Of a stretch of DNA of 32,000 nt, positions 17,501-25,340 are shown piece by piece. A model generated the notes under the pieces. The model was not told where the DNA came from. It worked only from the letters and a program-made list of their open reading frames with translations, and ran no database searches. The DNA lies in NCBI RefSeq assembly GCF_900114585.1, contig NZ_FOTL01000021.1, positions 6,746-38,745 of the forward strand, given 5' to 3'. The DNA comes from Methanobrevibacter olleyae (GTDB lineage: Archaea; Methanobacteriota; Methanobacteria; Methanobacteriales; Methanobacteriaceae). The position numbers were made by a program, and so were the translations under genes. Each line of letters starts with the position of its first letter. Position 1 is the stretch's first letter.

Positions 17501-19335
17501 ATGGCAATAATTCATTTATATTAAATAAAATAGAACCTACTCCGAGAGTTTATCCATCTACATTAGTTTACATCTACAACACTACAGGTAGCTCTGTAAT
17601 TAAAAATATTTATATTTCTAATGGTGCTGATTTACTCTCAAAAGATCCTAATAGATTAGTTCAAATGAAATCAACAATCGATGTAGATTCTATAGCTGAT
17701 GTGGCTAAACTATATATTTTTGCAGCTAATGCTCAAGATGGGGAAGGGGATATTATTTTCAATGATGAAATCTATGAAAATGTATGGAATGGTTCTACTA
17801 CCACCACTAGTTTATACACTTTAAATATTTCTAATACAATAAAAAATAATAATAATTTATCCTTTGTAGTAAGAAACGGTTCAATTTTAGCATTACAACA
17901 AATGATCATCACTACTCAAAAAGCTCAAAGCCAAATAATTGCATCTGATTTAACAACAGTTTATAATAGTAATGATACTTTAGTTATAGGTTTAAATGAG
18001 CCTAATGGAATTCCTATTTCAAATGCAAATTTAACTGTAGTTTTCAATGGCAATACAAATATTTTAACCACAAATAATGAAGGACAAATTAGTTTAGATA
18101 TTCCACCTACACTAAGTCCAAATACTTATGATGTAGATATATCCTATGAAGGAGATGATAGTCACAATGAATCAACTGCTAAGGTTAAAGTAACTATTGA
18201 AAAAATAGCAACTAAAATTATAGCATCTGATTTAAGAACAGTTTATAAAGATAGTGGTACTTTAGTTATAGGTTTAAATGAGTCTAATGGAATTCCTATT
18301 TCAAATTCAAATTTAACTGTAGTTTTCAATGGCAATACAAATATTTTAACCACAGATGACAATGGAGAAATTAGTTTAGATATTCCACCTACACTAAGTC
18401 CAAATAGTTATGATGTAGATATATCCTATGAAGGAGATGATATTCATAAAGAATCCTCCCTTAAAGTTAAAGTAATTGTTGAAAAGAGCCCAACTACTAT
18501 TACTGCCCCTAGTGTAACAACAGTTTATAATACCAATAAAAAATTGCTTGTCACTTTAAAAGATAGCGGCGAAAATGCTATTGCCAATGCCAAAGTGACC
18601 GTTGTTTTAAATGGCGCTTCAAAAGTCTTAACAACTAATGCTAATGGCCAAGCTAGTTTAGCTATTCCACCTACACTAAGTCCAAATAGTTATGATGTAG
18701 ATATTTCATACAGTGGAAATGATATTCATAAAGAATCCTCCCTTAAAGTTAAAGTAATTGTTGAAAAGAGCCCAACTGTCATTACTGCCCCTAGTGTAAC
18801 AACAGTTTATAATACCAATAAAAAATTGCTTGTCACTTTAAAAGATAGCGACGGAAATGCTATTGCCAATGCCAAAGTGACCGTTGTTTTAAATGGCGCT
18901 TCAAAAGTCTTAACAACTAATGCTAATGGCCAAGCTAGTTTAGCTATTCCAAGTAATCTAGTTCCTAAAACTTATACTGCTACCATTAGCTATCCTGGTG
19001 ATGGTAATTACATTAAATCATCATTTAGTACTAAAGTATTGGTTAAAAAAGCTTCTGTTAAATTAGCTGCAGCTAAAAAAACCTTTAAAGCCAAAGTTAA
19101 AACTAAAAAATATACTGTTACTTTAAAAAATAATAAAAATAAAGTAATGAAAAAAGTTAAGCTCACATTAAAACTTAAAGGTAAAACCTATAAAGCAAGT
19201 ACTAATACTAAGGGTAAAGCTACCTTTAAAATTAAAAATTTAAGTAAAAAAGGAAGATATACTGCTAAAGTTATTTACAAAGGCAATAAATACTTTAACA
19301 AATTAACTAAAAAAGTTAAAATTAAAATTAAATAA
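14512..19335 (+). CDS. Secreted adhesin-like surface protein (1607 aa), paralogue of the upstream gene
   Basis: GAGGAG SD. Signal peptide MKNKNILLALFLLLLACLSIQTISA. Module A (about 14839-15660) is homologous to that of the upstream gene (VSGGIDF, YVNIYSGSGG, FDGRIKLISLFVAWDDGDEDE). Two CARDB-like plus module B copies follow, then four 94-aa Ig-like repeats and a Lys-rich tail (19030-19332). Confidence 0.9.
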   Translation: MKNKNILLALFLLLLACLSIQTISAENIADNLNEIEALDSYSDDLSVNTHSNDLNIDSYKKSELLSNSNQETIPDEERNILINTNQETILKQNTNQETISAQGSDPLPNVENGTVSGGIDFVNIHPWAPSDAINGNKGNITYNIPSNANIKSAYIYVNIYSGSGGTAYGAYANTTITTANGEQLLGNEYLWTSTSSQDGVNYIVNDHITRCYSDYMIFYNVTEMLQGLNGSSVSVDVISYPIPDKSFDGRIKLISLFVAWDDGDEDEIYYWLNAGQAWSDDTENGLSHSFENLPELNYLEKLSTLINVGASSTDAMYYLDGSILFSESEDDEYLSGAYYQYHKWDISHYIIPDSLELTYKPVGGAYGPSFKELISILTIQDIPTYEEDVAEISITPEFTEIPCAYAGTNNTLTIKITTKAGNYTVRLLADGHVVKQTEMNLNNGTNLLLLTDSTIRPVDEFTVNGEENEKVNYTVEVLSRGNLINSSSIILPILYNGYLGKDLAYPSGGIESFLNITINGDIVIDIQNYSQYISHNILNRSEVWNVDLDANSNIVKSFIYIPYYEFNSKTYDEDIYMFNVTFNNVNISPIELYKDHSNLGIDYYSGYGVLLYDVTNLIRNGENVLELNKKFDTPAVYPSALIYMYNTTLSNYIKEIFIYNGADLLENINNLANRTVHSDSEINVNSQLVSNASLYVFAGGPQNNEGDLIFNDEVYENIWNGTMASNEAYSLDITNSLRDNNSISFLATGSRIIALQQIMVLTKNLDMLDIILESEYPDTCYAGTNNSIFANIAANSEKRLTARLLADGEILNESEIDLIYGFNEFIFVDSTIRTADEFSVNGAQNNIVNYTLQLLSDDGIIANKSIYLNILYNGYLSKDLAYPKGAIESFLNITINGDIVIDVKNASSYMSDFDIERTDIWKIDLDNKSRIVKAFVYVPYEWCNINLITENEDIFNVKFNNNEISPIAWYRDQSNLGQYGKYGYGLFVYDVTNLVLNGNNSFILNKIEPTPRVYPSTLVYIYNTTGSSVIKNIYISNGADLLSKDPNRLVQMKSTIDVDSIADVAKLYIFAANAQDGEGDIIFNDEIYENVWNGSTTTTSLYTLNISNTIKNNNNLSFVVRNGSILALQQMIITTQKAQSQIIASDLTTVYNSNDTLVIGLNEPNGIPISNANLTVVFNGNTNILTTNNEGQISLDIPPTLSPNTYDVDISYEGDDSHNESTAKVKVTIEKIATKIIASDLRTVYKDSGTLVIGLNESNGIPISNSNLTVVFNGNTNILTTDDNGEISLDIPPTLSPNSYDVDISYEGDDIHKESSLKVKVIVEKSPTTITAPSVTTVYNTNKKLLVTLKDSGENAIANAKVTVVLNGASKVLTTNANGQASLAIPPTLSPNSYDVDISYSGNDIHKESSLKVKVIVEKSPTVITAPSVTTVYNTNKKLLVTLKDSDGNAIANAKVTVVLNGASKVLTTNANGQASLAIPSNLVPKTYTATISYPGDGNYIKSSFSTKVLVKKASVKLAAAKKTFKAKVKTKKYTVTLKNNKNKVMKKVKLTLKLKGKTYKASTNTKGKATFKIKNLSKKGRYTAKVIYKGNKYFNKLTKKVKIKIK
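15670..17931 (+). repeat. Intragenic tandem duplication of about 1131 bp (CARDB-like plus module B, 2 copies)
   Basis: LYNGYLGKDLAYPSGGIESFLNITINGDIVIDIQN (nt about 15991) matches LYNGYLSKDLAYPKGAIESFLNITINGDIVIDVKN (nt about 17122). The offset is 1131 bp (377 codons), and the boundaries are approximate. Confidence 0.8.
17941..19068 (+). repeat. Four tandem 282-bp (94-codon) Ig-like repeats with mosaic near-identity
   Basis: gcatctga occurs at 17941 and 18223. gatattcataaagaatcc occurs at 18439 and 18721. ccacctacactaagtccaaata occurs at about 18105, 18387 and 18669. Copies 1/2 and 3/4 are pairwise nearly identical, and 18439-18669 versus 18721-18951 differ at only a handful of bases. Confidence 0.92.
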
Positions 19336-19336
19336 T

Positions 19337-19360
19337 AGAGATCAATCTCTTTATTTTTAT
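19337..19360 (+). terminator. Stem-loop plus T-run after the second adhesin-like gene, in a convergent intergenic region
   Basis: agaga-tcaa-tctct forms a 5-bp stem (19337-19350) followed by ttatttttat. The 22-bp direct repeat ttatttactcttcaaaa x2 follows at 19361 and 19383. Confidence 0.45.
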
Positions 19361-19603
19361 TTATTTACTCTTCAAAATTTATTTATTTACTCTTCAAAAA
19401 TTTTCTATTTTTATATTCCTAAAAAAATAATTTTCAATAAAATATAATAAAAAAATAGTTTAAAAAATATTTTTTCCAAAATTTAATAAAAAATTATAAG
19501 TAAAAAAATTCTATTGTTTTAATTGTAAAGGAATATAATAAAATTGAATAAAAAATAGCAAAATATAAAATAACTATAGCTATCTTTAAAATAATGAAAA
19601 TTA

Positions 19604-20302
19604 TTATTTAAAATAAGAAATTAAAATTTCTGTATCTATATCAAGCCTTAGATTTGTATCATTTTGATAAACTTTTGCTATAACTGGAACATCACAAAGC
19701 CCTTCAACCATTTTGATATTATCATTTTCCATAAGTTCATCTTTATAATTATTCATTATTATAGCACATAGATGAATATTTCTATTTTTCAAATATTCAA
19801 CTGTAGTAACAATTGAGTTAATAGTACCAAGTCCTGCATCTGCAATAAGTATAACATCAAGATTAAGATATTTTACTATGTCTTCTAACATAATATTGTT
19901 TTCATTGCCTTTTCCTTCATAACGTATAGGGCAAACTATTCCTCCACTACCTTCCATTACAATATAATCATATCTCTCAGATACATTATCATAAGCTTCT
20001 TTAACTCTTTTCAGATTTACTGGATTTCCTTCAATCTGACTTGCAAGGTGTGGTGAAACTGCAGTTTCATAGATATATGGAACTAAAAAGTCCGTATCTT
20101 CATCTAAATTAGCTATAGTTAATACTTCTACAGCATCACCAGGAATAAGATTATCGTTTTCATCTCTTATAGCTCCACTTAAAGCAGCTTTAAAGTATGT
20201 AGCATTAAAATCATGGTCTCTGAGATATTTAAGTAATAAGCCAGTTACATATGTTTTTCCAATATCCGTACCAGTTCCTAAAATGAATAGTCCTTTAGAC
20301 AT
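19604..20302 (-). CDS. bioD: Dethiobiotin synthetase
   Basis: The N-terminal P-loop LFILGTGTDIGKTYVTG and the 232-aa length are typical of BioD. The TAGGTGAT SD overlaps the bioB stop, leaving an 8-nt gap. Confidence 0.88.
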   Translation of the reverse strand: MSKGLFILGTGTDIGKTYVTGLLLKYLRDHDFNATYFKAALSGAIRDENDNLIPGDAVEVLTIANLDEDTDFLVPYIYETAVSPHLASQIEGNPVNLKRVKEAYDNVSERYDYIVMEGSGGIVCPIRYEGKGNENNIMLEDIVKYLNLDVILIADAGLGTINSIVTTVEYLKNRNIHLCAIIMNNYKDELMENDNIKMVEGLCDVPVIAKVYQNDTNLRLDIDTEILISYFK

Positions 20303-20310
20303 AATATCAC

Positions 20311-21288
20311 CTATCTTTCAGCCGAATAACTAATCTTGAAGCCTAATTTCCCTAAAAGTTTCAGGTCTTCTTCTAGTCCCACTCCATCAGTTGTTAACAT
20401 ATCCCCTAGAATTGCCGCATTAGCTCCAGACTGGAATGCTTTTCTACCATTATCCCCCAATAGTGCTCTTCCACCAGCCATACGAATATAAGCATCTGGA
20501 TTGATAAATCTAAAAATTCCAATTAATCTACAAGCTTCATCATTAGATAAAATCTCATTATTCTCTACAGGAGTTCCTTTAATCGGATTTAAAATATTAA
20601 TAGGTATGGATTTAACTCCAAGGTCTCTTAGCTCTAATGCTAAATCAATCCTGTCTTCAAAGCTTTCACCCATTCCAAATATTCCGCCACTACAAATCAT
20701 AAGATTTTCATTATCTATCAAGTTGATAGTGTCTAATTTTTCATCATAAGAATGAGTTGTGCAAATCTCTTTAAAATAATCTCTTGAGCTTTCTAAATTA
20801 TTATGGATTCTATCTACACCAACATCATTTAATCTAGCTATTTGATCTTTAGTTAAAAGACCTAATGAAACGCATATCTTAATATCATCATTTGATTCAG
20901 TTAATTCTTTAATCAAATCAGACAGTTGATTAAATTCTTTTTCATTTACTTTTCTACCTGAAGCTACATAGGATATTCTTTTAAAGCCTGCACTATAAAT
21001 AGTTAAAGTTTTTTCTTTTAATTCCTCCTCAGATAAAAGAGGATAAATTTCTATATCTGTATTATAATAATTAGATTGAGCACAGAATTTACAATTTTCA
21101 CTACATCTTCCACTTTTTACATTGATTATGCTACATGCATCGAATATATTTCCACAAAATGATTGTCTTATTTCATTTGCTGCATTTGTTAAATCATCTA
21201 ATGGCACATCAACAAGATTTAATGCATCTTCTTTAGTAACTTTGTAATTATTTAATACTTTATTTTTTAGCTCAGCAAGATCAAACAT
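20311..21288 (-). CDS. bioB: Biotin synthase (radical SAM)
   Basis: CSENCKFC radical-SAM CxxxCxxC motif, the RIHNNLES block and 325-aa length are BioB-like. It lies directly upstream of bioD. Confidence 0.9.
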   Translation of the reverse strand: MFDLAELKNKVLNNYKVTKEDALNLVDVPLDDLTNAANEIRQSFCGNIFDACSIINVKSGRCSENCKFCAQSNYYNTDIEIYPLLSEEELKEKTLTIYSAGFKRISYVASGRKVNEKEFNQLSDLIKELTESNDDIKICVSLGLLTKDQIARLNDVGVDRIHNNLESSRDYFKEICTTHSYDEKLDTINLIDNENLMICSGGIFGMGESFEDRIDLALELRDLGVKSIPINILNPIKGTPVENNEILSNDEACRLIGIFRFINPDAYIRMAGGRALLGDNGRKAFQSGANAAILGDMLTTDGVGLEEDLKLLGKLGFKISYSAER

Positions 21289-21340
21289 AATAATACCTAA
21301 AAATAATAATACCCAAAAATAATAATACCTATTTAAATAA
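21289..21340 (-). promoter_or_regulatory. bioB leader: a TATA-like box followed by three 16-nt tandem copies of an SD-containing unit
   Basis: The minus strand reads TTATTTAAAT AGGTATTATTATTTTT GGGTATTATTATTTTT AGGTATTATT ATG. TTTAAATA resembles the archaeal TATA consensus. Confidence 0.4.
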
Positions 21341-21474
21341 AACCACCATAAAAGTGAAAAAATAATTAATTAAAATAAATTTTAAAAATAGAAAAATAAT
21401 TAAAAATTAATTCTAGATTCAAATGAAAAAACTTTAGTCCAGCTTTTACAATGGGAAGACTCCTAAAAGGTAGG

Positions 21475-22206
21475 TTAAAGCTTTCTTGCAAAAACCAGAT
21501 AGCCACTATGACCGACCATTCTTGTTTTTGGCCTAGTTCCTTGTGGTTTTATTTCCATTTCACGTTCTAATGTTTCAAGAATTGTAAGATCTCTAAAACC
21601 TAACTTTTTTGCAATTCTATATGCTGTTTCTGCTTGATCAATATAGGGTGCATAAACTGCTAAGCAACCCCCAAGTCTTAAAGCTTTTTTAACATCTTCA
21701 AATATTTCAAATGGTTTTGGAAGGTCTAGGAAGACTAAATCAATCTCTTCTTCATCAATTCCATCTTTTATATTTTGATTCTTAACTTCAATATTTTTAA
21801 TACCAAAATCATCAATGTTTTTCTGTGCTACTTCAGCAAAATCTTCTCTTATCTCATAGGTGAAAACTTTACCTTTATCCCCAACAACATTTCCAAAATT
21901 TAAAGCAATTGCTCCTGCACCTGTACCTGCATCTATTACCCGATCACCTGAACCTAATCCAGTATGTGCAAGAACAGTTCCAATATCCTTTTGAATAAGA
22001 ATAGAACAGCGCCTATCCATTAAATCAATAAAATCATTCACTGTTGGTTTAATAACCTTAAATTCTTTATTTAAATGAGTGATTATTGTATCACCAATAG
22101 TAGCTCTTTCCATTTGTTCTTTCTTAATAATACCTAAATCAGATTGAAACTCTCTATCTTCTTTAATAAGGTATTTTTTTCCTCGCTCATCCATTAAAAT
22201 CTTCAA
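21475..22206 (-). CDS. trmI: tRNA (adenine-N1)-methyltransferase, TrmI/Gcd14 family
   Basis: SAM-binding motif RVIDAGTGAGAIAL, an N-terminal small beta domain and a C-terminal HSGYLVFARK. The listed start is TTG preceded by GGTGGT, and an alternative ATG lies 4 codons downstream (22194). Confidence 0.8.
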   Translation of the reverse strand: MKILMDERGKKYLIKEDREFQSDLGIIKKEQMERATIGDTIITHLNKEFKVIKPTVNDFIDLMDRRCSILIQKDIGTVLAHTGLGSGDRVIDAGTGAGAIALNFGNVVGDKGKVFTYEIREDFAEVAQKNIDDFGIKNIEVKNQNIKDGIDEEEIDLVFLDLPKPFEIFEDVKKALRLGGCLAVYAPYIDQAETAYRIAKKLGFRDLTILETLEREMEIKPQGTRPKTRMVGHSGYLVFARKL

Positions 22207-22360
22207 ATAACCACCATCTAAATGAAATTTATGAAAAATAACCAGTATAAATTATTAAAATTTTATATTTTAATTTATTATTTAAATTAAATGATATTTT
22301 AAAACTAATATCTATTTATATTATTTATAATATATAATAATTTTTTAAAATAATTAAAAA

Positions 22361-22500
22361 TAAAATAAATAAAAATAAAATAACTAAAAAATGAGAAAAA
22401 CTGATAAAAAAAATAAAAATAAAATAACTAAAAATAAAATAACTAAAAATAAAATAAATAAAAAATGAGAAAAACTGATAAAAAAATAAAAATATAATAA
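22361..22500. repeat. A-rich nested direct repeats between hef and trmI (T-rich on the gene-sense strand)
   Basis: The exact 22-mer atgagaaaaactgataaaaaaa occurs at 22391-22412 and 22465-22486 (period 74). It is embedded in repeated ataaaataa(c/a)taaaaa units. On the minus strand these form many oligo-T runs immediately 3' of hef. Confidence 0.85.
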
Positions 22501-22542
22501 CTAAAAAAAGATAAATTAATAAAAATAGGTAGCAATAATTAT

Positions 22543-25071
22543 TTATTTAAGCTTCTTTTGATTTTTATCTTTTTTGAAATAGAGATATTTTCCTTCTATA
22601 ACTTCTCTAATATTCTTAGCTGTTTTTTTACCAATTCCATTCACTTCTTGTAATTGTTTTTCATCTGCCTCTAAAACTGCTTTTACAGAACCAAAGTGTT
22701 CTAATAAGTTCTTTGCATTAACAGGACCAATATTAGGTAATGATTCAATGATAAATAACTGTTGTTCCCAAAGATTTTGAGGTTTTTTCTCTGTTCTAAT
22801 TTGAATGCTACGTTTTTCTCCTTTTTGTTCCCTAACTGCAATTCTCTTAATCATTGCAGCAGTATCTTCAGCAGTTCTTGTAGGAATAATACTTATACCA
22901 TAATCAAGTACAATTGATGTCATAGCTCCTCTAATTGCATTAGGATTGATAAATCCAGAATAAAAATCATCCCCTTCAAGAATTATAATTGGTTTTTTAA
23001 ACTCTTCCATCATCATTCTTGCTTGTTTAAATAATCTTTTATCTACAATAGAGTCTACAAAATCTTTAGCAGTTTTTCTTTCTATAGCAACTTCTTCACT
23101 TACTTGATAATCTGCAACAGACATAGTATTAATCTTCACTTTAACCCCAATAGTGTCTAATGCACGTATAACTTTAGAATTCCCTTCTCTTGAATCAACA
23201 TAAACAACTAATTCTTGATTTTGAGGATTTTTAGCAAGTTCTTCATAGATAGCATCTTCTAAAGCTTGTTCTTCTTTATCTTCTAAAGCTTGTTCTTCTT
23301 TACCCTTTTTTTCTTTAAATTCTGCTAGTCTTTCTTCATTCTCATTTTCCAAATCAATTTCTTCAAGATCTTCATCTTTAGTTTCTTCATCTAATTCCTC
23401 TTCTATATCAGAATTAACTGGTTCCTCTACAATTGATTTTTCTTTTTTGCCTAAAACTCTAACAGAACGTTCAGCCTCAATCTTTTCAACAGCATTAAGT
23501 TTTAACTCTTCAATTGCTTCTTGGGTTGCAAGTTGTGTTTTCATCCTAGACTCTCTACGAACACTAGTCCAATAATAACCTTCATCAATTGTATTTTTAG
23601 TTATTAATACTTTCATTCTACCAGAGGATTTACGTCCAGTTCTACCTCTCCTTTGAATCATACGAATTTCAGAGGGAACTGGTTCATATAAAATAACTAA
23701 ATCAACTGCAGGTATATCTATACCTTCCTCTGCAACACTTGTAGATATTAAAACATCATAATTTCCTGTTTTAAATGATTTAATAATATTCTTTTGCTCT
23801 TTTTGAGTTAATCCTTTCTTTCCATCACTTGTTCCTTGACCATAAAATCTTACACTTTTAATACCTTCTTTTTCACATCTCTCATGAATCATGTCTAGAG
23901 TGTCTCTAAATTGTGTAAACACTATAATTTTAGGACTGTCTTTATTTTTTCCTTCATCTCTTAGAGATTTTAATCTTGTTTGACCATCTAAGCCCAATTC
24001 TAATTTAAGAAGTTCTATAAGTTTTTTCATTTTAGGGTGTTCTAAACCATATTCCTCTGCTTCTTTTGCATAATAAACTGCTTTTGAAAAATTAGGATCA
24101 GCTAAGATATTTTTGGCAGCCCTTGTAGTTTTCTTTCTTAAGCGTACTACATAATCATTAAATGGAGCAACACCCTGAGTTTCTAATAAATTTAAAGCAT
24201 GCTGAAGATTAATTACAGCAGATAATATTGACATTGCTTGGAAACATTCTTTAGGTGGATTTACAGATTGCCCTATTCTTCTTTGAACCTTAGACCTTGC
24301 TTTTAATATATCCCTTTTATTTACAGCTACTGTATTAATAACCCCTAAAGTTTTCAGGCCTTTTAGACGGACTTTTAAAGCTTTATTTGCTAAATCTCTA
24401 ATTTTTTCAAGTTGTGGCCCCATTTCTACCTTAACCCAATCAATATTAATTGGATTGAAATAAGGTTTTACATCCGGGTCTTCTTCAGTTTTAATCGTAA
24501 TATCTTGGATGAATAAATTTTCACAAACTTCTTTAATCTTATTTTTATCATGTCCTGGAGATGCAGTAAGTCCTAAAATAAGATGATTTTGACATTCTTT
24601 AATATACCTTGATGCAAGATAAACATAAGAATATGATCCTACAGCATGGTGGCATTCATCAAAAACAACTAAAGATACATCATCTAAACTGTACCTTTCA
24701 TTTAATAAATCAGATTCTACAGTTTGTGGAGTTGCACAAATAACCTGTGACTCATTCCAACGTTTTTCTCTTTCAGAGGTCTTTACAGCTCCTGTAATAG
24801 AAGTACAGTGAACATTTAAAAAGTCTTTAAAATTTTCTTCATGCTGTATGGTTAATGGCTTACTTGGAGCTAAAACAAGAATTTTCGATCTGTTAAATTT
24901 TTGAAGCCTATCTGCAGCTACGAGCATTGCTATGATTGTCTTACCTAATGCTGTTGGAGCTACAATCATAGTATTCCCATTTTTTAATACATCCGCTGCT
25001 AAAACTTGCTGATAAATTCTAGCCTCTGCTGAATTAGGCCTAATTAAAGGATGTTCAATATAAGTAACCAT
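22543..25071 (-). CDS. hef: Hef-type helicase/nuclease (DEAH helicase fused to an ERCC4/XPF nuclease and HhH2)
   Basis: Walker A APTALGKT, FDECHH box, QRRGRTGR motif VI, ERCC4 motif AIERKTAKDF, and the C-terminal tandem helix-hairpin-helix LPNIGPVNAKNLL / VNGIGKKTAKNI. An acidic linker separates the helicase and nuclease parts. Confidence 0.9.
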   Translation of the reverse strand: MVTYIEHPLIRPNSAEARIYQQVLAADVLKNGNTMIVAPTALGKTIIAMLVAADRLQKFNRSKILVLAPSKPLTIQHEENFKDFLNVHCTSITGAVKTSEREKRWNESQVICATPQTVESDLLNERYSLDDVSLVVFDECHHAVGSYSYVYLASRYIKECQNHLILGLTASPGHDKNKIKEVCENLFIQDITIKTEEDPDVKPYFNPINIDWVKVEMGPQLEKIRDLANKALKVRLKGLKTLGVINTVAVNKRDILKARSKVQRRIGQSVNPPKECFQAMSILSAVINLQHALNLLETQGVAPFNDYVVRLRKKTTRAAKNILADPNFSKAVYYAKEAEEYGLEHPKMKKLIELLKLELGLDGQTRLKSLRDEGKNKDSPKIIVFTQFRDTLDMIHERCEKEGIKSVRFYGQGTSDGKKGLTQKEQKNIIKSFKTGNYDVLISTSVAEEGIDIPAVDLVILYEPVPSEIRMIQRRGRTGRKSSGRMKVLITKNTIDEGYYWTSVRRESRMKTQLATQEAIEELKLNAVEKIEAERSVRVLGKKEKSIVEEPVNSDIEEELDEETKDEDLEEIDLENENEERLAEFKEKKGKEEQALEDKEEQALEDAIYEELAKNPQNQELVVYVDSREGNSKVIRALDTIGVKVKINTMSVADYQVSEEVAIERKTAKDFVDSIVDKRLFKQARMMMEEFKKPIIILEGDDFYSGFINPNAIRGAMTSIVLDYGISIIPTRTAEDTAAMIKRIAVREQKGEKRSIQIRTEKKPQNLWEQQLFIIESLPNIGPVNAKNLLEHFGSVKAVLEADEKQLQEVNGIGKKTAKNIREVIEGKYLYFKKDKNQKKLK
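23255..23302 (-). repeat. In-frame 24-bp tandem duplication (KEEQALED x2) in the acidic Hef linker
   Basis: tcttctaaagcttgttcttcttta occurs at 23255-23278 and again at 23279-23302. Confidence 0.95.
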
Positions 25072-25233
25072 AAAATAATATATGTTAATAAATCTTATTT
25101 AAATATTTAAGTCAGAGAGTATTTGAAAAGTATTGTTTAATTTTAATATTAAGTTAAGATTATAATTTATAAAAAATTTTAAAAAATTAAAAAAAAAGCT
25201 ATGATTAATTATAAATCAAGTATACATAAATCT

Positions 25234-25340
25234 CTCTACAATAATTATAACTAAAGTTCCATACAATATCTACAATAATTATAACTAAAGTTTCCTACAA
25301 TAATATTAACTAAAGCTCTCTACAGTAATTAATGATTGCT
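25234..25340 (-). repeat. Degenerate tandem copies of the last 25 nt (including the stop codon) of the Mur-ligase-family gene, extending downstream of it
   Basis: The minus strand reads attaattactgtagagagctttag (gene end, INYCREL*), then ttaatattattgtaggaaactttag, ttataattattgtagatattgtatggaactttag and ttataattattgtagagaga. On the plus strand ctacaataattataactaaag occurs at 25236 and 25270, with variants at 25295 and 25320. Confidence 0.8.

Noticed and set aside
6131-19603. The adhesin region as a mobile genomic island.
   Set aside because: No integrase, transposase, flanking tRNA or terminal direct repeats are visible, and composition does not obviously differ from the flanks by eye. Accessory status is plausible, but mobility cannot be supported.
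22391-22468. A small plus-strand ORF MRKTDKKNKNKITKNKITKNKINKK within the A-rich repeats.
   Set aside because: It is purely an AAA/AAT low-complexity translation of a repeat that is better explained as oligo-T terminators for the minus-strand hef gene. It has no SD.
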